DNA of 64,000 nucleotides from Candidatus Parcubacteria bacterium (GTDB lineage Bacteria > Patescibacteriota > Minisyncoccia > Minisyncoccales > JAGMDC01). Below are positions 39,086 through 48,408 of this stretch, piece after piece (positions within the stretch are counted from its first letter, which is position 1; each line of letters begins with the position of its first letter). Position numbers and translations under genes: made by a program. The stretch spans positions 8,957 to 72,956 of the forward strand of contig JAGLYZ010000001.1 of the NCBI GenBank assembly GCA_023131895.1, written 5' to 3'. The notes beneath the pieces were generated by a model, which saw only the letters and a program-made list of their open reading frames with translations, did no database searches and was not told where the DNA came from.

Positions 39086-41371
39086 AAATTCTTCTGCCTG
39101 CGGCTTAAGATTTGGGTCAAGTTCTATTACTTTTAGGGCTTGTTTTTTTGCTTCTTTGTATTTGCCTGTTTCTTTGTATAAAATGGCTAAGTTGAGACGG
39201 TATGAAACATAATTAGGTTTTCGTTTGATTAGCTTTTCATACACTGCAACCATTTCTGCATAGTTTTTATTATAATAATAAGCTTTAGACAAATGTAGCA
39301 AGGATAATTCATTATTTACAGGATAACCTTTTTTAGAAGCAAGTTTTATATTTTCATTTGCTTGTTCAATATTGTTTAAATATGCCTGGGTTAAAGCCAT
39401 CATCCAAAAGCAATCCTTGAACTTTGGATTTATATCAATACACATCTGTGACTTTTCTTCTGCCTGCTGGAAGTTATGAGACAGTAAGTCGGTTTTTACC
39501 CATTCAGCAATGATTTCCTGCCTTTTCGGGCTTAATTGATTAGCTCTTTCAAAAGCAGAATTTGCTTCTTGCTTTATTTTTTCAAAATCTTCAGGAGAAT
39601 GTTTTTGCGTTTCCAAAGATATATTAAGATAAGCGCCTAATAAAAGCCAAGAACGGGCATAATTTTTGCGAATAGTTATATTTTTCCTTAAAATTTCTAT
39701 TGCTTTGTTAGTTTTTTCAGTTATTTCCTGGGGGGAAGGATTTGCGTTTTTAAAATATGCGCTGATAACGTCAATATATCTCAAGCCGGCATAATTGTCT
39801 ATAAAGCTGTGTTTGTTGTGTGCTTTTTCTATGTACTCAAAGCTCTTTTCAAAGTTTTTTTCGTTTGAATAATATCCAGCCAGTTTTAGATTTTTATTAA
39901 CCTGAAAAGCGCTTATATTAAACCAGATAAACCAGATTAGGAATAAAAATAAAATAACAATAATTGCCTTTTTGTATTTTTTTAAAAGTGTCCAAATTTT
40001 CACGATCGTGAGTTTTTGGACACTTCTGATTTCCATTTCATTTGGCTGGTTTATTAAACTTAGGCAATAACCGATTAGAAGAAAGGAAATTAAGTATGTA
40101 GAGAAAGTGTCAAAGCTGAAGAAATTAGCAGCCAAATAAGCTAAAAAAGTTGCCTGAATACCATGATACATTATTAGATTTTCTGGTTTTCTTTTTTTTA
40201 ATTTTTGCAGTTCATAAATTAAGACCCCAAAAAGTGACAAATAAACAATCAATCCTAAAATACCAGTATTAGTGCTAATATCAAGGAAAAAATTATGAGC
40301 CCTATCCCACCAGGAACCCCATGCCTCGTCAATTTTGGGCAGAGTAGGGTCATAATATTTGTCAAAACCGATAGAAAAGTTTTCCGGTCCATAACCAATG
40401 ATTGGCTTGTCTTTCAGCGCCTGCCAGCTGATTTTCCAGCCAGAGATGCGCGGGTCATCTAAAGCTCTTTCAATTGACAATCTGCTCACAGCTGATTTTA
40501 ATAATTTGTTTTCTTGAATAAATTGAGGCAGTTCTGAAGCAGTGTTTACATAATAAAGACCATAGATGCCTGAAATTAAAACTAAACTAGCTAAGATTTT
40601 AACAAGAATGATTTTTTTGCTTTTAGCAGGATAGAATAAAAAGAAATATACAAAACCTATAAAAAGACCAATAAAAGCAGCTCTTGTTTGAGTGACAATA
40701 AGGATAGTAAAGAGAAATAATGTAAAAGAAGAGAAATAAAAGATTTTTTTAAACAGATTTCTATCTTTAATTCCAAAAGCCAGAGTTAAAAAACTTAATA
40801 ATATAAGGTAGATAGCTAAAAATGTTGGTCCGCCGATTGTAGAAGGAGGCCGTCCATCAAAAGGGATTAAAATATTTTCAAAAAGTCCGTAAAGTTGGAA
40901 AATTGCAATAAAAGAGACCAAAATTCCAATAATTATGTTAAAAATCCATATTTTTTTCCAATCTCTGTCTTTCAAGATAAAAAAAGCTAAGATAGCGAAA
41001 ATAATACAAAAACCGAAATTTAAAAATCCGCCAGAGCGATGAGGCGAACCCCAAAAGCTAAAATAGGGTTCTTGAGATAATATTGTGGCTAAGAAAAAAA
41101 CTCCAAAGAGTGCGATTAAAGCAGAAAATGGCGATAGTAATGAAAATCCTGAAATTTTATTTTTAATATCAGCAGCAAAATCTTTTTTAGAAAGTATTTG
41201 GTAAATAAACAAAAAAATCAAAGCAGATAAAACAATCTTGAAAACAATTGTTTTTCCCCAATCAGGGGGCGAAAACCATGGCGGTAAATTCCAAAGCGGC
41301 AAAGTCAAAATCAAAAGAAAGCCGATTAAGTAAACTAATTTAAATTTATTTTCATTAACATTGTTTTCCAT
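39065..41371 (-). CDS. O-antigen ligase/polymerase (Wzy_C)-family membrane protein with C-terminal TPR repeats
   Basis: About 12 TM with the TQTRAAFIGLFIGFVYF loop motif. The C-terminal ~280 aa are TPR-like. It is the only minus-strand gene, and its 3' end overlaps the previous gene by 21 nt. Confidence 0.75.
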   Translation of the reverse strand: MENNVNENKFKLVYLIGFLLILTLPLWNLPPWFSPPDWGKTIVFKIVLSALIFLFIYQILSKKDFAADIKNKISGFSLLSPFSALIALFGVFFLATILSQEPYFSFWGSPHRSGGFLNFGFCIIFAILAFFILKDRDWKKIWIFNIIIGILVSFIAIFQLYGLFENILIPFDGRPPSTIGGPTFLAIYLILLSFLTLAFGIKDRNLFKKIFYFSSFTLFLFTILIVTQTRAAFIGLFIGFVYFFLFYPAKSKKIILVKILASLVLISGIYGLYYVNTASELPQFIQENKLLKSAVSRLSIERALDDPRISGWKISWQALKDKPIIGYGPENFSIGFDKYYDPTLPKIDEAWGSWWDRAHNFFLDISTNTGILGLIVYLSLFGVLIYELQKLKKRKPENLIMYHGIQATFLAYLAANFFSFDTFSTYLISFLLIGYCLSLINQPNEMEIRSVQKLTIVKIWTLLKKYKKAIIVILFLFLIWFIWFNISAFQVNKNLKLAGYYSNEKNFEKSFEYIEKAHNKHSFIDNYAGLRYIDVISAYFKNANPSPQEITEKTNKAIEILRKNITIRKNYARSWLLLGAYLNISLETQKHSPEDFEKIKQEANSAFERANQLSPKRQEIIAEWVKTDLLSHNFQQAEEKSQMCIDINPKFKDCFWMMALTQAYLNNIEQANENIKLASKKGYPVNNELSLLHLSKAYYYNKNYAEMVAVYEKLIKRKPNYVSYRLNLAILYKETGKYKEAKKQALKVIELDPNLKPQAEEFLRTLPI

Positions 41372-41418
41372 ATTATTTTATGATATAAAAAAGAAATAAA
41401 TAAAGCAAATTTTTTATT

Positions 41419-42366
41419 ATGAAGATATTAGTTACAGGCGGAGCCGGGTTCATAGGAAGCCATCTTGTAGATAGATTAGTAAAGGAGAGACACAAGGTAA
41501 TAGTTATTGATAATTTATCTACTGGAAGCAAAAAAAATCTTAATCCAAAAGCCAAATTTTATAAGCTGGATATCAGAAATCCAAAGGTTTCTGATGTTTT
41601 TAAGAAAGAAAAGCCAGAAGCAGTTTTTCATTTGGCAGCCCAGATTGATTTAAGAAAATCAGTTGAAAATCCCGTAGAGGATGCCAAAATCAATATTTTA
41701 GGTTCCCTTAATATTCTTCAAAATTTTATCCGTATAAATCAGTTAAATCCGCGTAAATCTGTGTCTAAGTTTATCTTTACTTCTACCGGCGGTGCTATTT
41801 ACGGTGACGCTGACATTATTCCTACTCCAGAAACATATCCTGAAATGCCGCTTTCGCCTTATGGAGTTGAAAAGTTAGTTTTTGATAAATATCTTAATTA
41901 CTATTATAAAGTTTTTGGTCTGCCTTATGTATCCCTGCGTTTATCAAATGTTTATGGTCCAAGGCAGAATTCAAAAGGAGAGGCAGGAGTAATAGCTATT
42001 TTTTGCGATAAGATGCTTGGAAACAAACAACCGATTATAAATGGTTCAGGCAAACAGACCAGAGATTATGTTTATGTTGATGATGTGGTTGAAGCAGGTA
42101 TTTTAGCCTTCAAAAAGAAAAAAATTGGAATTTTCAATATTGGAACTGCTCAAGAAACAGATGTTAATACTATTTTTAGAAAAATTAGAAAGTTGATTAA
42201 TTCAGATTGCAAGGAAATTCATGTTCCTGAAAAGCCAGGGGAGCAGAAAACAAGCTGTTTAGATTGTTCAAAAGCAAAAAAAGAGCTTGGCTGGCAGCCA
42301 AGATATGATTTAGATAAAGGATTAAAAGAAACCGTGGAATGGTTCAAGAATAAGTTAGCTTACTAA
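41419..42366 (+). CDS. NAD-dependent sugar-nucleotide epimerase/dehydratase (GalE-like SDR)
   Basis: MKILVTGGAGFIGSHL Rossmann motif and YxxxK context (SPYGVEKL). Confidence 0.8.
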   Translation: MKILVTGGAGFIGSHLVDRLVKERHKVIVIDNLSTGSKKNLNPKAKFYKLDIRNPKVSDVFKKEKPEAVFHLAAQIDLRKSVENPVEDAKINILGSLNILQNFIRINQLNPRKSVSKFIFTSTGGAIYGDADIIPTPETYPEMPLSPYGVEKLVFDKYLNYYYKVFGLPYVSLRLSNVYGPRQNSKGEAGVIAIFCDKMLGNKQPIINGSGKQTRDYVYVDDVVEAGILAFKKKKIGIFNIGTAQETDVNTIFRKIRKLINSDCKEIHVPEKPGEQKTSCLDCSKAKKELGWQPRYDLDKGLKETVEWFKNKLAY

Positions 42367-42402
42367 CTTATCAGCTCACCCTTGACACCTATTGACACTT
42401 TT

Positions 42403-42417
42403 TGATACAATAATATA
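42403..42417 (+). promoter_or_regulatory. Extended -10 (TGaTACAAT), N6, then the ATG of the HTH gene, with two TTGACA -35 candidates upstream
   Basis: ttgaca at 42382-42387 and 42392-42397, tga 42403-42405, tacaat 42406-42411, spacer aatata, ATG at 42418. Confidence 0.5.
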
Positions 42418-42663
42418 ATGCCTGAAATAAAACCAGATCAAGTATATACAACTGAGGAAGCTCGCGATTTTTTAAAAATAAGCGAAAGCACTATTAAGCG
42501 TCATTTAAAAAATGGCATTCTTAAAGCTAACAAAGTTGGCGGCAGATATAGGATCTGGGGCAAGGAAATTTTAAGATTGGTCTCGCCAAAAGTTGAAAAC
42601 AAGGCAGTTCAGGCATATCAAAAAGTAAAAAGAAAAGCCATAAAAACCATTGAAAAGTGGTAA
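42418..42663 (+). CDS. Excisionase/MerR-type helix-turn-helix DNA-binding protein
   Basis: YTTEEARDFLKISESTIKRHLKNGILKANKVGGRYRI matches the HTH_17/excisionase-family pattern. 81 aa. Confidence 0.65.
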   Translation: MPEIKPDQVYTTEEARDFLKISESTIKRHLKNGILKANKVGGRYRIWGKEILRLVSPKVENKAVQAYQKVKRKAIKTIEKW

Positions 42664-42679
42664 TTTCACTGAGGAAATT

Positions 42680-43756
42680 ATGAAAATTGCAATTATTTTA
42701 GGAACTCGGCCAGAAATAATCAAAATGGCTTCAGTAATTCGGGAATGTCAAAAAAAGCGTCTTGATTTTTTTATTCTTCATACAAACCAGCATTATTCAG
42801 AAAATTTAGATAAGATATTTTTTCAAGAATTAGAATTACCTCAACCCAAATACAATTTAAAAGTCGGTTCAGGAACTCACGGAGAAGAAACGGGAAAGAT
42901 GTTGATTAGAATTGAGAAAGTGTTAATAAAAGAAAAACCAGATATAGTTTTAGTAGAAGGGGACACCAATTCGGTCATTTCCGGAGCCTTAGCGGCAGTA
43001 AAACTCCATATAAAAGTTGGACACATAGAAGCAGGTCTTCGTTCATATTTTAGAGAAATGCCTGAGGAAATTAATAGAATTCTGACCGACCACTGTTCAA
43101 ATTTTCTTTTTGCGCCGACAAAAAAAGCAAAAGAAATTTTAATTAACGAAGGAATATCTGATAAAAAGATATTTATTACTGGTAATACAATCGTTGATGC
43201 GCTATATCAAGGCTTGGATTTGGCTAAAGAAAAATCAAGTATTTTAGATGATTTAAAATTATTAAAAGGAAATTACTTTTTGTTAACTCTTCACCGTCCA
43301 GAAAATGTTGATAAAAAAGAAAAATTAAAAGGGATTCTTAAAGGATTAGATTTAATTTATAAAAAGTTTAATTTACCAGTAGTTTATCCAATTCATCCTC
43401 GCACTAAAAAAATGATATCTAAGTTTAAATTAAAAATTCCGAAAGGAATAGGGATAATAGAGCCGATTGGATTTTTGAACTTTCTTCAGCTTGAGTCAAA
43501 TGCAAGGCTAGTTTTAACCGATTCCGGTGCTGTCCAGGAAGAAACTTGTATATTAAAGATTCCCTGCGTTACCTTAAGAGATAATACTGAAAGACCAGAA
43601 ACTATAGAAATAGGAAGTAATATTTTAGTTGGAGCTGATCCTCAAAATATTTTAAAGAATACCAAGAGAATGTTGAATATAAAAAGAATTTGGAAGCAAC
43701 CTTTTGGTGATGGTAAGACAGGGGAAAGAATAATAAATATTATTCAAAAAAAATGA
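42680..43756 (+). CDS. wecB: UDP-N-acetylglucosamine 2-epimerase (non-hydrolysing)
   Basis: MKIAIILGTRPEIIKMASVI, LHTNQHY, VEGDTNS and HRPENVD motifs. I prefer the ATG at 42680 (GAGGAA upstream) to 42650. Confidence 0.88.
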   Translation: MKIAIILGTRPEIIKMASVIRECQKKRLDFFILHTNQHYSENLDKIFFQELELPQPKYNLKVGSGTHGEETGKMLIRIEKVLIKEKPDIVLVEGDTNSVISGALAAVKLHIKVGHIEAGLRSYFREMPEEINRILTDHCSNFLFAPTKKAKEILINEGISDKKIFITGNTIVDALYQGLDLAKEKSSILDDLKLLKGNYFLLTLHRPENVDKKEKLKGILKGLDLIYKKFNLPVVYPIHPRTKKMISKFKLKIPKGIGIIEPIGFLNFLQLESNARLVLTDSGAVQEETCILKIPCVTLRDNTERPETIEIGSNILVGADPQNILKNTKRMLNIKRIWKQPFGDGKTGERIINIIQKK

Positions 43757-44994
43757 GAAAGAATAAAACAATTTGTGTTCTTGGTCTTGGTTATATAGGG
43801 TTACCTACAGCTCTTTTTTTAGCTAAAGCGGGCTATAAAGTTATTGGAGTTGATTCGAATAAAAATAAAATTGACGATTTAATTAAAAGAAAATTTCCTT
43901 TTCAAGAAGCTGGTTTTCCTAAACTTTTTAAAGAAGCGATAAAAAACCTTAGTTTTTCTTTGGTTCCGGAAAAGGCAGATGTATTTATAATTTCAGTTCC
44001 AACACCAATTACTAAAAATAGAAAGCCTGATTTAAGATTTGTGAAACAAGCAGCTGAGGATATAAATAAAATTTTAAATGATAAAAATTTAATAATTATT
44101 GAATCAACAATACCTCCTGGTACAGCTAAAGAAATTGTTCTGCCAATTTTTAAAAAAAGGCATAAAAACTATAGAATTTATCTATCACATGCTCCGGAAA
44201 GAGCAATTCCCGGGAAAACTTTAAAAGAAATGGTAGAAGACGATAGAGTTATTGGCGGGATTGATAAAAAATCAAGTAATTTAACAAAAGAAATATATTC
44301 ATCTTTTGTAAAAGGAAAAATTTATTTAACAGATACTACTACTGCTGAGTTTGTAAAAATCATTGAAAACACTTATAGAGATGTTAATATTGCTTTTGCT
44401 AATGAATTAGCAAAACTTTGCGATAAAATAAAAATAAATGTTTGGGAAGCAATAAAGCTAGCTAACTTGCATCCAAGAGTGAATATTAATCTGCCAGGCC
44501 CTGGAGTGGGAGGGCACTGTTTAGCAATCGATCCATGGTTTTTAGTAAGAAAAGATGATAATGGTACCCAAGCGATAAAACTGGCTAGAACTATTAACGA
44601 TTCAATGCCTGATTATGTAATAAACCTTATTTCTAAGACAGTAAAAAATATTAAAAAGCCCACCATCACTATTTTAGGAGCTGCATACAAGGCCAATATT
44701 GATGATTGGCGGGAGACCCCGGCTTTAAAAATAATAAAACTTGCCAAAAAAAAGGGTTGGCAGGTAAAAATTCACGATCCTTATATTAAGAATTTTCCCT
44801 ATAAATTATTAAACATAAAAGAAGCTTTAAAAAACTCTGATTGCGCAGTTTTAGTTACTAATCATGATTTTTATAAAGAAGTGGATTTCAAAAAATACGC
44901 AGTAAAAAATATAGTAGATACCCGTAATTTTTTAGATAAAAACAAACTTGAAGACATTAATTTAATAGTTCTTGGCGGAAAGAATAATATATAA
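43753..44994 (+). CDS. wecC: UDP-N-acetyl-D-mannosamine dehydrogenase
   Basis: ICVLGLGYIGLPTALFLAKAGYKVIGVD, a catalytic Cys context (GVGGHCL), and adjacency to wecB with a 4-nt overlap. Confidence 0.82.
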   Translation: MRKNKTICVLGLGYIGLPTALFLAKAGYKVIGVDSNKNKIDDLIKRKFPFQEAGFPKLFKEAIKNLSFSLVPEKADVFIISVPTPITKNRKPDLRFVKQAAEDINKILNDKNLIIIESTIPPGTAKEIVLPIFKKRHKNYRIYLSHAPERAIPGKTLKEMVEDDRVIGGIDKKSSNLTKEIYSSFVKGKIYLTDTTTAEFVKIIENTYRDVNIAFANELAKLCDKIKINVWEAIKLANLHPRVNINLPGPGVGGHCLAIDPWFLVRKDDNGTQAIKLARTINDSMPDYVINLISKTVKNIKKPTITILGAAYKANIDDWRETPALKIIKLAKKKGWQVKIHDPYIKNFPYKLLNIKEALKNSDCAVLVTNHDFYKEVDFKKYAVKNIVDTRNFLDKNKLEDINLIVLGGKNNI

Positions 44995-44998
44995 CTAT

Positions 44999-46402
44999 AT
45001 GCGAGATCTAATAAGAAAACTTCCTTATCCAATAAAACAAGGAATAAAACATATTTATGGGTTCATTCCTCCTAAAATAAGATTAGGCGAAGTATTTTGG
45101 GAGACCTATAATTTCCTTCAGAAATCGCAGTGGTGGAGCAGAGAAAAATTAGAAGAGTATCAGATGGAGCAACTAAGCAAACTTTTGCATCACGCCTACA
45201 AAAATGTGCCTTATTACAAAAGAATATTTGACGAAAGAGAATTAAAGCCAAAAGACATCCAGGATTTTGGTGATTTAACGAAACTGCCTTATTTGACGAA
45301 AGAGATTATTCGGGAAAACTTGCCAGACCTGGTAGCTCGTAATTATCCTAAATCTAAACTACAATATCTAACCACAGGTGGCTCTACTGGCATACCATTG
45401 GGATTTTATCTTGAAAGGGAGGTATCTGAAGCCAAGGAATGGGCTTTTATACTTACTCAGTGGAATAGAATTGGGTTTAAAATAGGTGATAGGTCAGTGG
45501 TGCTAAGAGGTAATATAGTTCCCTTCGCTAGTAAAAATAAGTTTTGGGAATACGATCCAAGAAACAAAGATCTTATTCTTTCGTCCTACCATATAACTGA
45601 CGAGACATTGCCAGAATATATTGCCAAAATCAGAGAGTTCAAACCTGATTTTATTCAGGCCTATCCTTCAGTAATCACCATTCTAGCTAGATTTATGGAG
45701 GAAAATAATATTGAGCCATTTTCTACCGTTAGAACATTACTGTGTGGTTCAGAAAATTTATATTTTTGGCAGCGAGAGTTATTAGAGAAGGTATTTCAAT
45801 GCCGGGTTTATAGTTGGTATGGGCATTCAGAGATGGTAGTATTAGCTGGAGAATGTGAAACAAGTACTTACTATCATATTTTTCCCGAATATGGATTTGT
45901 TGAGCTTATCGATAAAAAGGGCAATATAGTGACTGGTGAAAACAAAATGGGTGAAATCGTAGCTACAGGATTTAATAATTTTGCCTGTCCTTTTATAAGA
46001 TATCGTACGATGGATTTGGCGACACCTTCAAATACAAAATGTGAATGTGGGAGAAATTACTCGCTATTAACTAAAGTAGAAGGTAGATTGCAGGATTTAG
46101 TGGTCACTAAAGATAATAGGCTTATTACGTTAACGGCACTTATATTCGCACAGCATTTTGAAGCTTTTTTTAAGATAAGAGAAATACAACTTGTTCAAGA
46201 GAAGGAGGGAGAGGTAACAGTGAAAATAGTGAAAACCCCACAATATTCAATTGATGATGAACAAGAAATTCTTTCTAAAATGCAAAGAGCTGTTAGTAGT
46301 GGGCTAGATATAAATTTTGTATATGTAAACACTATTCCACGCACCCAAAGTGGTAAATACCGATTTTTAATTCAAAAACTACCAATTAAATTCGGAGATT
46401 AA
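44999..46402 (+). CDS. CapK/PaaK-like adenylate-forming ligase (phenylacetate-CoA ligase/F390 synthetase family)
   Basis: TTGGSTGIPL AMP-binding P-loop-like motif. The overall length and C-terminal SGKYRF are typical of CapK-type capsule enzymes. I prefer the ATG at 44999 to the TTG at 44972. Confidence 0.7.
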   Translation: MRDLIRKLPYPIKQGIKHIYGFIPPKIRLGEVFWETYNFLQKSQWWSREKLEEYQMEQLSKLLHHAYKNVPYYKRIFDERELKPKDIQDFGDLTKLPYLTKEIIRENLPDLVARNYPKSKLQYLTTGGSTGIPLGFYLEREVSEAKEWAFILTQWNRIGFKIGDRSVVLRGNIVPFASKNKFWEYDPRNKDLILSSYHITDETLPEYIAKIREFKPDFIQAYPSVITILARFMEENNIEPFSTVRTLLCGSENLYFWQRELLEKVFQCRVYSWYGHSEMVVLAGECETSTYYHIFPEYGFVELIDKKGNIVTGENKMGEIVATGFNNFACPFIRYRTMDLATPSNTKCECGRNYSLLTKVEGRLQDLVVTKDNRLITLTALIFAQHFEAFFKIREIQLVQEKEGEVTVKIVKTPQYSIDDEQEILSKMQRAVSSGLDINFVYVNTIPRTQSGKYRFLIQKLPIKFGD

Positions 46403-46415
46403 AAAATAAGTAAGT

Positions 46416-47336
46416 ATGAATATTAGGTTTAAAAAAAATTTAATTCTTGGAGGAGGAGGATTTATCGGATCTCATTTAAGTGAAGCATTAATAAAAAACA
46501 AGAATGATGTAGTAGTGATAGATCATTTTTCTGCCAGCTCAAAAAACATACTACCTTCTCAAGTAAAAATATATAATCTTGATATTTCTTCCCCCTTAGT
46601 TAAAAAGATTTTTCGGGAAGAAAAACCTGATTTCGTTTTCAATTTAGCAGGTCCAATCCATTTAAGAAGAGGAATTAGCGATCCCTTGTTTGAAAATGGC
46701 TTTGATGTAATAAAAGGATTTAAAAAGATTTTAGATTACTCTCATACTTTTCAGATTAAAAAATTAATTTTCGCATCATCAGGTGGAGCAATTTACGAAA
46801 GTGCAAAAATTTTACCTACTTCAGAAGATTATCCAGCTCATCCATCATCACTTTACGGTCGGGCAAATCTAATTCTTGAAAGGCTTCTAGAAGAATATTA
46901 TAAGTCCCATAAATTAAATTTTATAATTTTAAGATTAAGTAATGTATATGGACCTAGACAATGGGAAAGTGGAGCAATCCCTTCTTTTATAAATAGAATT
47001 AAAAAAGACAAATCGCCCATAATTTATAGCCATGGCCAAACGACTCGCGATTTCATTTTTATAGAAGATGTAATAAGAGCGTTTCTAATATCTGCTAAAA
47101 GTAAGGAAATAGGAATTTTTAATGTTGGTAGTTCTCAAGAGATTACCCTAAATGAGGTTATTCAAAAAATTTCAAAAATTTTGGGGAAAAATATAGAGCC
47201 AAAATATTATCCTAAAAAAAATGAAATTACTCGAAGTTTCCTTAATTATGCGAAGATAAAAAAACAGTTAAAATGGAAACCTTGCATAGATTTTGACGAA
47301 GGTCTCAAAAAAACTATTGATTGGTATTTATATTAA
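46416..47336 (+). CDS. NAD-dependent epimerase/dehydratase (SDR)
   Basis: LILGGGGFIGSHL and the SLYGRANL YxxxK-like context. Confidence 0.75.
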   Translation: MNIRFKKNLILGGGGFIGSHLSEALIKNKNDVVVIDHFSASSKNILPSQVKIYNLDISSPLVKKIFREEKPDFVFNLAGPIHLRRGISDPLFENGFDVIKGFKKILDYSHTFQIKKLIFASSGGAIYESAKILPTSEDYPAHPSSLYGRANLILERLLEEYYKSHKLNFIILRLSNVYGPRQWESGAIPSFINRIKKDKSPIIYSHGQTTRDFIFIEDVIRAFLISAKSKEIGIFNVGSSQEITLNEVIQKISKILGKNIEPKYYPKKNEITRSFLNYAKIKKQLKWKPCIDFDEGLKKTIDWYLY

Positions 47337-47365
47337 AAGCATAAAATAAATTAAAAAATAAAAAC

Positions 47366-48394
47366 ATGAATAAGCAAATCAAAAAATACTTTAATAATAA
47401 GAATATATTAATCACCGGAGGATTGGGAAGTATAGGATCAGCAATAGTAAAGGAGTTACTATTACTTAATCCGAAAAACATTAAAGTAATTGACAATCGA
47501 GAAACAGGGCTATTTTACGGAATTTATTATAACAAAAATAAAAAAATAGAATATTGTTTTATAGACATAAGAGATAGAGAATCTTTAGAAAAAGCTATGA
47601 AAAATGTCGATATTGTATTCCATGCGGCAGCTATGAAGCATGTTTTAGTTTGCGAAAGAAATCCCTTTGAGGCAGTAAAAACAAATGTAATAGGAACTCA
47701 AAATGTCATTGAAGCATGTGTAAATAACGGCATAAAAAAGATGATATTGATAAGCACAGATAAAGCAGTAAATCCAACAAACGTTATGGGGGCAAGTAAA
47801 TTATTAGCAGAAAGAATTGTAGCTGCCATATATAATCTAAGAAATGGAATTGATACCGAATTTGGGATGGTGAGGTTTGGTAATGTTTTGTATTCTAGAG
47901 GTTCTGTATTAGAAATTTGGGAGAATCAATTAAAAGAAGGAAGAAAAATTACAATAACAGATCCTGAAATGACAAGATTCTTTATGGGTATATCACAGAC
48001 TATAAGGTTAATACTTTCCGCTACTTATTACGCTAAAAATAGTGAGATTTTTATCTTTAAAATGCCTTCTTGCAAAATAAGCATATTAGCTGAGGCTTAT
48101 TTAGAGTTGAAGGGATACCCTTCAGATTATTATACCGTAACAGGGATTAAAGAGGGAGAAAAAAAGCACGAAGAATTATTATTTAAGGAAGATGGTAAAT
48201 TGTTAATGGAAAAAAATGAAATCCTTTTAAAATTACCATTACAATTAAAAAAAATTAATATGAAATATTATCATCAAATAAACTTTAAAAAATCTAAAAA
48301 AAATACTTTTATCTCAAATGATCCAAACTCTTTACTTAAAAAAGACCAAATTAAACAAGTACTCAAAGATTTTCTCAATAAAGATTTTATATAG
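47366..48394 (+). CDS. Polysaccharide biosynthesis protein, CapD/PseB/FlaA1-like UDP-GlcNAc 4,6-dehydratase family
   Basis: ILITGGLGSIGSAIV and ISTDKAVNPTNVMGASKLLAE (the Polysacc_synt_2 signature). Confidence 0.8.
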   Translation: MNKQIKKYFNNKNILITGGLGSIGSAIVKELLLLNPKNIKVIDNRETGLFYGIYYNKNKKIEYCFIDIRDRESLEKAMKNVDIVFHAAAMKHVLVCERNPFEAVKTNVIGTQNVIEACVNNGIKKMILISTDKAVNPTNVMGASKLLAERIVAAIYNLRNGIDTEFGMVRFGNVLYSRGSVLEIWENQLKEGRKITITDPEMTRFFMGISQTIRLILSATYYAKNSEIFIFKMPSCKISILAEAYLELKGYPSDYYTVTGIKEGEKKHEELLFKEDGKLLMEKNEILLKLPLQLKKINMKYYHQINFKKSKKNTFISNDPNSLLKKDQIKQVLKDFLNKDFI

Positions 48395-48408
48395 AAAAAG
48401 CTAGAAAT

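Noticed and set aside
42418-42663. Prophage or integrative element inferred from the excisionase-type HTH
   Set aside because: No integrase, att-like repeats, phage structural genes or tRNA target is nearby. The flanks are contiguous glycan-biosynthesis genes.
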